Source: Coniocarpon cinnabarinum
Taxonomy: Eukaryota
Direction: 5' to 3'
DNA: 59,654 bases
Assembly: GCA_051942205.1 (NCBI GenBank)
Contig: JAVECO010000057.1
Location: 62,001 to 121,654, forward strand
The notes below the pieces were generated by a model. That model was not told the DNA's origin. It did no database searches and saw nothing but the letters and a program-made list of their open reading frames with translations. The position numbers and the translations under genes were made by a program. Below are positions 48,649 through 59,654 of this stretch, one piece after another; positions within the stretch are counted from its first letter, which is position 1, and each line of letters opens with the position of its first letter.

Positions 48649-50546
48649 ATGACGGCTGTGGCTCCAATGCTTGGTTTCGGGCGGACTTTTTCTTCTCTCC
48701 ACTGTACGAATCATTCGAACCTCTCAAAGCCTACTTCATGCAACAAATTTAAACGTATGATGCCACGAAACAAAAGGAGTCAACAACACAATCAGCATTT
48801 TCCTGGTGGCTTTGGCCGTGATTCACGTACGGAAGTATCCAACATGAACGCAGACGCCGTCCTCCGGCCCCGCGAGACCACTGGAGTCACTTGCGATGCC
48901 GTCTTACCCAGTGTGGATCTTCCACACTCAGATCAAGAGCCGAACGTAGCCCTCTCGTTTGCTGCAATGGACGTCTTTTCGGTCACTACCCTTGCAGCGG
49001 GCCTTAAAAAATGCAGCATAGATTCAGTACTGAAATACATTCGCGGCTACAGCAAGGAGGACGTCAAACCTCGAATGAACACAGAACTGATCTGCAACAA
49101 GCATCCAGTGCTATTCTATGCCATCGCTCGCAACGAGACGCGAATCGTTAGCGAAATGCTTCAAATATGCGATCAGCAAGCCGGACTGGCAGTGCATTCC
49201 AAAGTTGGCGCAGTTCCGCCTCTCGCTTTCGCGATTTTGCACGGCGGTCGAGCCGTCCTTGACACGACTGAGATGGTCAAGGTGCTCCTTGCATTTGGTG
49301 CTGAGGCGAAGACCATTCCAGAGGACCTTTGGGTCGATTACATCCAACGTCCGAGAAGTATTGCGCCAGCGGGCGTGAGGACACACTCGCAACGCTGTGG
49401 TGCACCACTCCTTTGCGTAAGATGCTCAGCAAACACATCACCATTTCTCATCGATATTATCTCTGGAAAGCCTCGCTCGTTCATGGGCCTGCCGAACATG
49501 AAATGCAAGCTAACCAGGCCTTCCGGATGAGGGAAATGCCATTCCATCTGGTGGGTCAAGCAGCGGCCGCGAAACTTGTTAGCAACTTGGCATTCTCTTA
49601 TATAGCTGGCAAGAAGAAGAAACCACTCGTCATGTTTTTTGCAGGGCCCTCCGGACACGGCACGACTGAGATTGCAGAACGCCTGGGAGACCTGCTTAAT
49701 GTGCCCTCGACAGTGGTTGACTATGCTCAGATCTGCTCCATACAACAACTGCTTGGACCCGAGTCAGGTTATTCAGGCTGGCTTCAAGGCTCACAACTTA
49801 ACAATTTTCTTGCGAACAACAACGGCAAGCGTGCCGTTGTGTTTCTTGACGAATTCGAGAAGATGCCCGGAGAACTCTACCAGGCTCTCCTGAGAATGAC
49901 AGATTCTGGCAAAATAATGGATCGCCGCCACGGTACTTCTGTCAGCACTATTAACACAATATTCATTCTAGGAACGAATCTGGGCGATACGTTTATCGAG
50001 CGCTGGTTTGAGCAGCACCTAGCACACACATCAGACGCAGAGATCATGGAAACTCCTATCGATGGCTTGACAAGAGGGCTCCGCACTGTTTTCAGAGGTA
50101 CTTTTGGGGCGCCGCTGACCGGCCGATGTAGTGCGATAGTGCCTTTCATGCCATTCACCCGTGGGGAACAGGCCGTAGTTGCCGCCTCCTTCGTCAGCAA
50201 ACTATTTACACATCTTCGCCGGCCTCTTGATATGTGCCGCAACAGGCTTATTGGCCACATCCATCTCGACGTTGAAAAGGATGAGGAGGTCGCCTTGACA
50301 CTTGCAGAAGATAGTTACGAGCCTCAACTAGGAGCTCGAGCAATAGCACAAGCTGTTGAGAACCAGATCGAGATCAAGCTCCACTCTATCTGGAAAGGTC
50401 ATGAGGGAGTCATCACGGACGATGTCAATAAAGGTCCGCTTCGGCGCTATGTCGTTGAAGTGATGGAGACCGCTGACGGGAAGAAGATCGTTGAGGTTGC
50501 CGAACGTGGGATGACGGAGGCTAAATTTTGGGCCACTGCGAAGTAG
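48649..50546 (+). pseudogene. Ankyrin-like plus single ClpB-type AAA+ ATPase (Skd3/CLPB-like), frameshifted, Walker A K>T
   Basis: The first ORF has ankyrin-like helices (PVLFYAIARN, VPPLAFAIL..TEMVKVLLAFGA). An overlapping second frame from ~49380 has HLVGQ, PLVMFFAGPSGHGTT, VVFLDEFEK, IFILGTNLG, GRCSAIVPFMPF and GARAI. The start codon is uncertain. Confidence 0.75.
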
Positions 50547-51231
50547 GTTTTGCGTATGCACTGGCCAACTTCAGGAGTCTATTGCCCGCAGAGAAAGCAG
50601 AGAAGAGGTATGTATAGGGAAATTCATAATTTCAAAAAGTGATTTCGTACCTGTAAATTCAACGTCGGCTTGCCTTCACATCTTACTCGTTGCAAAATAA
50701 CCGTGAAAGCCACGTTGGCAGTGAGGATGGACGTGAGCCCGAGAATCCCCTTCGCAGCATTTTTGGGGCAACATAAGATAGTTTGTGAGTTGGCTTAGCT
50801 CGCCAAAGCTTAAGACTTTGACGTGTCCTTGCTCTGTGCCAACACTCAGAGATGCGATCCCACTGATGTGTATCGAAAGTTCGGGAAATAGCTTGCAATT
50901 TGGGGAAGATGTTTTTGTTCCGAGTTGATCAGATTGCGCGTATGCATACTGCTGGACTCTCGACCAGAACTGCTCTAGATAATGGAATACTTCCTCCTGT
51001 AGCTTCTCTTCACGCAGTTTTGCTTGCCGCGCATACGTGGTTGTTTTCTCACAGCAACGCTCCCTCGCTTGACTGCGGTAGCCGCCCTTCCAAATCTTCC
51101 TTGTTATCATGATGCACAACATCCTCTCTCCAAGACTTCCCCCGGGTGTAGCACCATCACAAGACTGGTCTAATACGCCAGACCCGCACGGCCGCTAGTA
51201 TCTTCGGCTCAGCTATTGCTGGCGTCAGCGG

Positions 51232-52335
51232 TTATGAGCTCGTCGACGAGGGTGTCAAGGTCTGGACGCTTGCAAAGCCTACACGCTTCTTCTCGTAGTC
51301 CCAAACTGAGTATACAGCCTGCAAGAAGCCGCTGCCAAGCGTCCACTCAGTTTTGGCTGTGCCCTGGATCCAGCTGCTGCAAAAGTTAGGGTCAAAGTCC
51401 ATTTGTCCGTTCAGAAGCAGATAATTCGGTATGCCAAAGAGATTGCGACCAATGCCAATCTGGAGGTTTTCCTGGGCGTTGTTAATGCTACAGGGCAGTG
51501 CCCAGGTGTTGGGGTGATGAGGTACAGGGATGCCGCCAAGTGCCCTGTTGAGCTTCTCTGCATCGCCAGGAAATAAGTTTATTCCCGTAGAGCCAGTGTC
51601 GAGATGAGCAAGGCGGCGGCCGAAGCCTGCAGAACGACCGTTAACAAAGACGTCATCTGTATTGATGAACCAAGCGGACATGAGTTTGTCGGTGGGGACG
51701 TTAACATAAGTGATGCCTAGCCGAACATATCGCGGGTCCGGTGCACCCCAATCGACTTGGCCGGCGGATGCGGGTTCAACGGCATTGCTATCTGAGCTTG
51801 TACGAGGCGCTTGCATGCGGAGGCCAAAGACGCGTGGCGTGAGATTGGGACTCAACATTTCCCATCCTCCCGGATAAGTCAGCTGGTCAGGCTTATACAA
51901 AGACATACCTATGATGCCACCCCAGTCATTGAGTTCGTGAGAGACGTGAACATCACCTATGCCCACTTGGCGAGCGGGCCTGAGATCGAGCTGATTGAGA
52001 AGTCCGACGTGGAGCTCATCGTCGTAGATACGACCAGACACGTTGCCAGTACCATAGAAAATGGAGAATTGCTGCGGGGTCTTGTGAGATGTCGTCGACG
52101 GATGCTTGATCTTCCCTGGATTGATCCACATGTCAGCGGACCCAGTGTCGAGGAGGAGGTAAAGCGGATCTGGGCTGTTACCGATGCGGATTCCGATCGA
52201 AGGAAAGTTCTTCGCAAAGATCTTAGCGCTTGCAAACGGCTTCGGGCCTGGAGCTAGTGAGGAGGTTGAGGGCATGGCAATGACATTGCTTACCACGCAG
52301 AGCAGACTCGCTGCTGAGAGAAACCTACACAGCAT
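51232..52335 (-). CDS. Secreted pepsin-like aspartic protease (A1), intronless
   Basis: Signal peptide, two catalytic motifs (LLLDTGSADMW, HLDTGST), flap FSIFYGTGNVSG, and C-terminal WTLGSGFLQAVYSVWDYEKKRVGFA. Confidence 0.94.
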   Translation of the reverse strand: MLCRFLSAASLLCVVSNVIAMPSTSSLAPGPKPFASAKIFAKNFPSIGIRIGNSPDPLYLLLDTGSADMWINPGKIKHPSTTSHKTPQQFSIFYGTGNVSGRIYDDELHVGLLNQLDLRPARQVGIGDVHVSHELNDWGGIIGMSLYKPDQLTYPGGWEMLSPNLTPRVFGLRMQAPRTSSDSNAVEPASAGQVDWGAPDPRYVRLGITYVNVPTDKLMSAWFINTDDVFVNGRSAGFGRRLAHLDTGSTGINLFPGDAEKLNRALGGIPVPHHPNTWALPCSINNAQENLQIGIGRNLFGIPNYLLLNGQMDFDPNFCSSWIQGTAKTEWTLGSGFLQAVYSVWDYEKKRVGFASVQTLTPSSTSS

Positions 52336-53800
52336 TGAAAGGTGAAAGAGAAGAGAAAGATATACCTACCAGAGGTGCAGAACTGAAGGTGCAAACATTG
52401 CTGGTTCTGGGGACTACTTGCAAGTCGCGTATATCATGAAGAGCCAAGACCCTAGGGTATTACAGCTCATGACCATAGAGCTGCCATGTGCACGGTCGGG
52501 AACAAGAAACAATGGCATTATGACGGAGGCCTACACAGTGCAGGCTTTGTCTGGTCTCAGCACGCAGAACATCTTTCTCTATCGCACAGCAGCATTCTCT
52601 CATTTTTTAAAGTATGATCGCAGTTGTGGAGATCGCACTGGCTTCTCTTGCGTCTGGCCCACATGCGACCACTTGCTGAAGCGTAGAGACGTGTATACGA
52701 CATAATCTTGTGTAGACCGTAGTCTAGACTGTTTTATTGCGGCCACTGTAAAAGGAACCTCATCCTCTTTTGAAAGTTATTCAAGATTCGGTGAATGTGA
52801 TGAGTGAAAGCGCTGCCATGGTTGTGGGTGCCTGTACGAACGTGATCGCAGGGATAAGGGGAGGGTGGTGGGTCACAGAGACGATCTTTTGGCCCATTGT
52901 CACGCCAGTGGAGGTTGAGATCAAGTCGTGATATGGACTCCAGTCTCAAGAGAGCGAGTGCTCGTCGTGCCCGGCTGTGTCCTCTTTTGAAGATAGTCGT
53001 TGCAGGTGGAGCGTGTTGCACAGTGGGACGGAGGTGTTCATGATCGGCAATGGCGTATACGTATGGAAGGAGCTCCGGAAGATCAGGCGAGGACGATAAC
53101 GACCGTGAGCGTCTGGATCGTACGACGCAGCACTGCCGTCATGTTTATCGGCAGAGAATCCGTCGATAGGAGCGCCGTGGATGGAACGAGGAAGTCCAAC
53201 ATCGTTATCAGATGCCAAGCCTGAGGGAATACCACCTCCCCACCCAGCGCTGGGTCACCTTCCAACTTCTCTCTACTCCTCCCCATGTCACCTCCGTCCA
53301 ACGCCACCCTTCCAGCCCCTCACTTCCCCTGTCCACCACCTCAGGCATTCTGCGGTCCCTCTATGATGACTTCTCGTAGGTGTGTCGCGGGTCCGGTCAA
53401 GACAGTGAAAGAGTGGCACTGGTTACGAGGCTTTCAAAGATCGAATCCTTTACCCAGTAAAATCCAATTTGCGGCGCTGGTGAGAACATTCCTGAAAATC
53501 CCAGCGGTAAACACCATGTATACACAGCGCGACAGGGGCGAGGGATCGACCGCTAGCACACCTGCCATTGCCCCCACTGCATGCTTAGTCCGTCCATTAT
53601 AGGTCCTTTTCCAGCGACGATACCTCCAGACCCTACCTCGTAGCTACCTCGTCGTTCGCTGCAAAGATTGCGCTATCGCACAAGACCCCCTCAGCACATC
53701 ATGATAAAAGGGCTGCGTCACGTCTTCCCTTGTGAACAGCGTGCTCCGTCCTCGAAAAACCTTCTCCTTGCGTAGAAAGAGCTACCATAGGTTGTACATC

Positions 53801-55326
53801 ATGCAGGGACTCGTCATTACAGCGCTCGCTCTCGCGAGCTACACCTTAGCAGCACCGACATCTAGTAATGGTATTGACCGGACCATTTTCGAGAGGGATG
53901 GAGCACAGGTCAACGTTTTTGAGGATGCGGCAATCGGTGGACGCATGGAGTTTGTCAACAATTCAGGCATCTGTGAGACTACACCTGGCGTCAATCAATA
54001 CTCCGGGTACTTCAGCATTGGGCCCAATATGAACATGTGGTTCTGGTTCTTCGAGTCGAGGAACAGTCCTGCCACTGCGCCCTTGGCTGCTTGGTTCAAC
54101 GGCGGGCCAGGATGTAGTAGCATGATCGGTCTTTTCCAAGAGAATGGTCCATGCCACTTTGTGAACGGCGAGTCGGAGCCGTCTTTGAATGAGTACAGCT
54201 TCAACAAATTCGCGAACAGTAAGCACGATTCACTACCATCCGCGGTAGACGCGCCTAACAAGAGCACAGTGATCTACATCGACCAGCCCATCTCGGTTGG
54301 GTTCTCGTATGGCGACGACAACGTCACGTCTACAGCAACCGCCGCACCAGAAGTGTACAGCCTGCTGCAGATGTTCTACAAGGCTTTCCCGCAGTATGAA
54401 AGCCGAGATTTTGGAATCTTCACAGAGTCCTACGGTGGCCAGTAAGTCTTTGTGTCGACGTTTTCGAGTTCTTGTCGCCGACAGAGACCTACAGCTACGG
54501 TCCCGAGTTCGCCGACTACATCCAAGAGCGGAACACCGCCATTACAGCAGGCACATCGACTGCTCAACCCATCAATCTAGTGGCTCTGGGCGTCAACAAC
54601 GGCTGGTTTGACGCTGGGCTCCAGGAGCAAGCCTACATCGACTACGCTCTAAACAATGAGTACAAGCAAATCCTGACAACACAGTCTGCCCAACGAATTC
54701 AATCCACTTTAACCAACCAATGCCTTCCCGCCATTGCACAGTGCGCTTCCTCTGGCTCAAACAGCGCCTGCCAGACTGCAGATCGCACGTGTGGCAACGG
54801 CGTCGAAAATGCCATCATCAATGCCGCAGACTTCGACGTCTACGACGTGCGCCTTGGATCCGATGCCGTGGATCCGCCGGAAACGTACGTCGACTACCTG
54901 GGCCGTTCTGATGTCAAATCGGCTATCGGCGCTCAGAGCACCTACGTCGAGTGTGCCAATCCCGCTGGCAGCAAGTTCAGCAGCACAGGCGACAGCCCGC
55001 GAAGTCTTCTCCCCGAGCTCAGCTCCGTTGTCCAGTCCGGCATCCAGGTCATTGTGTGGAGCGGTGACGCCGACTGGATTTGTAACTGGATCGGGGATCA
55101 GTACGTCGCGGATAACGTCACCTTCGGTGGACAGAGCGCGTTCCGTGCCGCTTCCTTGCAGCCGTACAATGTCAACGGTGCGCAGGGCGGGACGTTCAAG
55201 ACGCAGGATAACTTCAGCTTTTTGAGGGTCTTTGGGGCGGGACATGAAGTGCCGTACTATGCGCCTGAGTTGTCGTTGCAGGTGTTCAGACAGATTATGA
55301 GTGGGCAACCAATCTCGTCGACGTGA
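53801..55326 (+). CDS. Secreted serine carboxypeptidase (S10, carboxypeptidase S1-like), 3 exons
   Basis: ICETTPGVNQYSGY, WFNGGPGCSSM, ESYGGHY (across intron 54442-54494), GDADWICNW and GAGHEVPYY. First intron 54219-54269. Confidence 0.96.
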
Positions 55327-56388
55327 GTTTGATAGAGAGCGTGTAATATTTAGGCTGCGGTTATCGTCGGAACTGTTGGCTGCGTCGAAGGTCTTGGAAA
55401 CAAGTCGCAACATACTACATTGCCGCTTCCAGATACTCTGCAGCTCATCACCCATAGCATCATCACTGTATGCATATGACACCTGGTCCACTTTCCCTTC
55501 CCGTGTCACTGACGTTCATGCGGCGGAAACGCCTATATCGACAACGAGCGAAAAGAGGATGACTGCCGCACATATCCGTAAGGAAGATTGTAATCTGAAT
55601 GCGGCGTCTGATGTTGACTTTGATTGGTGATGGCCCAGTCGTGAACAGTAGCACGCCGTACAGGTTCGCGGGGCTTGAAGAGTTGCGACAAACCTCAACT
55701 TTGCCTTGCGGGACCGGTCAAGGTGATACCTGGATGATGTCGACGTTGAGTCGGGAGCGGGAAGCAATGCGAGCCCGCGCTCTGGCCTGCCAGGTCTTCC
55801 GCGCAGATACGCTGTTCACAGCGGCGTGGGAACACGCGACCCTGTAGCTAATGGATGACTGATTCTTCCACCAGCTTGAGATCGAAGATCGGCGTGTAAT
55901 GCGAGCAAGCCTCGCGGAAACTCGCCAGGCGATGAATGCCGTACACCAGGAGCACCAAAGTCTCGAAGAGTAGCACCTATTGCAGGTAGCGCGCCTGAGA
56001 CTCCGACGCCGAGATCGCCTGCGGGTAGAGCACCTGCGAGGAAGCTACAACAAGCCCAGATGATCAAAGAACATCTCGCGCAGCTGCGGAGGCCGAGGCG
56101 ACACATGCTGAGTTGAGCAACCCATTAACCCCAACCCTCGGAGCGATATGGCTCGTGCTAGGAAGAGCTAGCTCTCACAGCTTTGACTTGACTTCAGCGA
56201 CACCATAAAGTCGGAGCGTGCTGCCGGTACCAAGAGCATAACGCAAGTCTCGATTGTGTTCGTTTGCTTCCGCGGACGCTCGCGCACCTGTTTGCGACCT
56301 TATGCATCACCCGTGCTTCTACACGGGCTGACGCCATTTTCCACGTCGCGGGCTAGCCAACACATACATACTGACGCCTATTCGTACC

Positions 56389-57079
56389 TCACCGTCCTTG
56401 TGGCTTCCTCTTGGAGCTTTGCGCCCTCATCGCGCGGATTTCCGCCCGGGAAAGATCCGAGCGCTCCTTCGGATCATCTAAACGCACAACGTGCACGACT
56501 GCCTTGGCATCGCGCAGCTGCTCGACACGGTTGGTTGATGAGCAAGTCAGCCGCCGCGTCAAATCTAATGAGTATTCATCAGCCCCCTGCTTTTTGGACA
56601 GAAGATAGGTAAGCTGTGACTTTGGCTTCGCAGTTGGACTGATTGGCCATATCTGGAGACAAATTATTGAATCTGACATTCGCTTTGGCTTGTAAATGTG
56701 ATATCCGGGCAGTTGCACGGAATACTGATCGTATGCTGAAATAGTGAAGTGTTTCTCTTCCCAAAGGGTAGTGCTGGAGAAGTGGAGAGCGTCACTACGA
56801 TAAACGTCAGCAAGACCGCCAAAGCAAGAGGGGCAGACTTGTAATAGAAGATTGCGTGCTGTCTTACCCGTTGAAAGATTGTGTGCGGATCTTCGCTAGC
56901 TCGGGCACTTGGGAAGAAAGCCACGGCATCATATTACAGAGAATCTCTAGTTGATCGTGAGTTCCAGGTAGAATGCTTGAACTTCCATCATCGCCCTCAA
57001 ATATTTGAACATCGAGAATTATTTCAACGTTCTTGCCATTAGGAAGCGCGACTTTGATAACGTTGTATGATCCAGACAT
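56389..57079 (-). CDS. Hypothetical protein (~205 aa), 2 exons
   Basis: Exon 1 57079-56868 (MSGSYNVIKVALPNGKNVEIILDVQIF..) and a 73-nt intron 56867-56795 (GTAAGA..GCTGAC..TAG) splice in frame into the open frame of ORF 56389..56718. Confidence 0.55.
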
Positions 57080-57374
57080 GAGAATTCGTAGAATTAGTGA
57101 CCTAGGCTCAGGATTGACGAGTATCACGTGAGTTGTGCGAGATGTTCTTTGTCTGGATGCCTAGAGATGGATGTGAAAATGTTGTTTGAAAGTCTTCTAA
57201 ACTCGTCGAAGAAATTACTACCCGGAAACATAGATAAATAGAGGCACAGGCACAGGCACAGGCAACAACATGGTATTACTTGTAATCGAATTGCGCATGC
57301 ATAGTGTTGAAACTGTCACCACCACGATGTCGTGGTTATTGCCACTGCTACCCTCCTGTGCGCTTCTGTAGTAA

Positions 57375-57485
57375 TGCCTTTGTCCGCAGGAAGGCTGCAT
57401 GCGGTAAGGAAGGCTTTTGACACCATAGATTGCTGGGCTTGCCTTTTGTCCGCAGAAAGGCTGCATGCGGTAACGAAGGCCTTTG
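57375..57485 (+). repeat. Direct duplication of a ~45-bp segment
   Basis: tgcctttgtccgcaggaaggctgcatgcggtaaggaaggcttttg (57375-57419) versus tgccttttgtccgcagaaaggctgcatgcggtaacgaaggcctttg (57440-57485). Confidence 0.9.
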
Positions 57486-57637
57486 GTCCCTTCCCTTGCG
57501 GGGCTTACCGTTGATATAGAGCTTGATATAAAACCTTCGAATGCAATTAGCCTAAGCACTGCTTCTCTGTAGTACTCTTTACCTTCGCTACTCCTCGCCT
57601 TCCTAAAGTGACGCTTGTACTGCTGCGTTCAGGCCTT

Positions 57638-58951
57638 ATGTCTGGAAGTGAAGAAGACATTGATGGCTACGGGCCTGGGGGCTATCACCCAGTTGATTTG
57701 GGCGAGGTTTACAACGGGTGCTACGAGATCGTCTTCAAAATAGGTGCTGGCGGGTCTTCGACGGTATGGCTGGCTAAAGACCGAAGGAACGGGTAAGCGT
57801 TACTTGATCTTGCCCAAAAGTAGACAGCCTAAATCACGTGTGGCTCACTTCTTCCACGCAGCACCTACGTGGCCTTGAAGTTCCATATTGCCGATCGGTT
57901 CCCTTACGACCATGAGGAAATCTTGCTCGAATTCCTCATGACAAAGAAGCGCGACCCAAGTGTCACGCATCCAGGGAAGCATTATCTGATTGACCTCCTG
58001 GACGTGTTTCAGAGTCGTAGTCCAAACGGCGTGCACAGTGTCCTTGTCACCAATGTCACTGTACCACTTTCTTTTGTGCACCCTACCACCGAGTCGTCCT
58101 GGGGTCTCGCAGCATGGCAACTTACCTCAGCGCTCTCCTTCCTCCATGAGAATTCCATCACTCACCTTGACGTTCACATTCAGAATGTGGGATGTGCGAT
58201 CACGATGACTGACGAGCTCGTCGCCAAGCTCCCTGAGCCCTTGTGGGATCCAGAAGATCCAAGTGAAGGCTCTGAGACTGACGAGCACGCTCCCCGTCAA
58301 ATGTACCCAATGAGCGTATGGCATTTTTGGGTGAGAAACAGTCTCGCCGAGCTTCGAGGGCAAGACCTACGGGTCCAGCTTCTTGACTTTGGCAACGCGC
58401 GCTCTCAGCTCTTCCAGGACCCACGCACGAAAGCCCATGCAGTCTACGATGCTCCAGAGACGCGCCTTGGTGACGACGCTGCCTTGAGCCTAAGGCCAAG
58501 CATGGACATCTGGTGTTTGTCGCAGCTGCTTTTTCAGTGGGAGTTTTTCTTCCCTTTCTTTAGCCATATGTTGCATGGATCAGAGGGCAGTTACGCTCGT
58601 AGACTTCGTTGCATTTCCGGGGATCTGAATCTGGACGGCTTGCCGGAGCATTGGCGAAAGCGTGCCGAAGAAGCCATGGCGCGTGATGAGCAGGGCATGT
58701 TTGAGGAGGAGCCGGAGCAGGTCAATGCTCTCGCCAGCATGAAGTGTCACTGCGAGGCACTGGAGCTGGGACTGATCGATTTCAGGGTAAAAATGACAGA
58801 GGCGGCGCGGGCCGCAATGAATCGGCACGTCGACGAGTTTTGGGGCTTCTTCCAAAAGGCCGCGACATTGGATCCAGAGTTCAGACCAAGCGCCCAAGAG
58901 TTGCTCCAGGAGAGGTACCTAAGTCGACACCAGCAGGCAGGACAAGTGTGA
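57638..58951 (+). CDS. SRPK-like (fungal expanded) Ser/Thr protein kinase, 2 exons
   Basis: EDIDGYGPGGYHPVDLG, KIGAGGSSTVWLAKD, intron ~57793-57861, YVALK, HLDVHIQN, LLDFG, YDAPE, DIWCL and LDPEFRPSAQELL. Confidence 0.9.
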
Positions 58952-59039
58952 CGGTGATCAAAGGAGAAGACGTCGGTAGACCTTTCAGAGGCACGTAATA
59001 CAAGTAATTCGACTAGATCATTTTTGTAGCAGCACACAC

Positions 59040-59654
59040 ATCCGTATATACACTGAAATAGGTTTAATATAACTTAGGCGCTTTATCTCTAGGTCTTTTC
59101 TATATAGCTGTTATATTTGCGCTAGATATAGGCTTCTTGCCTAGTATATTATAGAGGGTCTTTTATATAGCTAATCTTAGCTTAGTAGTAATTATAGTAC
59201 TATATATAATATAGAAAAGTTAAGAGTAGAAATTATTAGCTATATAGAATAATTAATAGAATTATAAAAGCTATTTATTTATATCTAGTTTTAGTTAATA
59301 TAAATAGTAGAGATATAATATATTATATACTATTTATATTTTTTAGTTTATAGTAGTATAATATTTAATAATTATTAATAAACTATTTAGTAAAAGATAT
59401 TATAGATTAAATAATTATATTAATAGATTTAAAATAAAAAGATAGTAAAATAAAAAAATACTATAAGAGTAGAACTATAATACTACTTTTTTTTTTAAAT
59501 TTAATTATTTTTAATTAAGATAATAATATTAGATTAATACTAAGTAGGTCTTAGTTTTTATAAATGTTTAGTATAAAAGTATTCTAATTTTTTTTATATA
59601 TAATTAAAGTATTTAATTAGATACTATTAGTAATTTTTTAGATAGCTAAATTAT
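59040..59654. repeat. Start of an AT-rich, RIP-degraded repeat/transposon relic
   Basis: Abrupt drop in GC with a heavy TpA excess and near absence of CpA/TpG, no ORFs, running to the window end. Confidence 0.8.

Noticed and set aside
50676..51122. 148-aa minus-strand ORF between the AAA+ gene and the aspartic protease
   Set aside because: No recognisable domain or splice support, so left uncalled.
55690..56115. Coiled-coil-like coding fragments on the plus strand (LEIEDRRVMRASLAETRQAMNAVHQEHQSLEE*)
   Set aside because: Interrupted by stops and frame changes with no recognisable family. It may be a decayed gene but cannot be supported.

Overview
Eukaryotic (filamentous ascomycete, Pezizomycotina, probably Dothideomycete-like) nuclear DNA with short GT-AG introns carrying CTRAC branch sites, about 28 protein-coding genes, and two AT/TpA-rich tracts that look mutated by repeat-induced point mutation (RIP), at ~14.8-15.75 kb and from ~59.04 kb to the window end. 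Recognisable genes: MCH-type MFS transporter, PTH11-like rhodopsin-domain protein, RAV2, SUR7, MET1/siroheme synthase, a 5-exon CYSTM protein, subtilisin S8, FAD monooxygenase, alpha/beta hydrolase, GFA/Mss4 protein, Oma1-like M48 peptidase, nuclear ATP9, hemerythrin-like protein, SPT16, RRP40, a frameshifted ClpB/Skd3-like AAA+ gene, aspartic protease A1, carboxypeptidase S10 and an SRPK-like kinase. The most notable unannotated structure is a ~170-bp MITE-like family with ~10-bp terminal inverted repeats, present in five copies (2.0, 7.2, 14.7, 15.4 and 15.6 kb). Three of the copies form a tandem composite around a RIP-mutated, intron-containing gene fragment. All calls come from reading the sequence by eye; no database searches were run.
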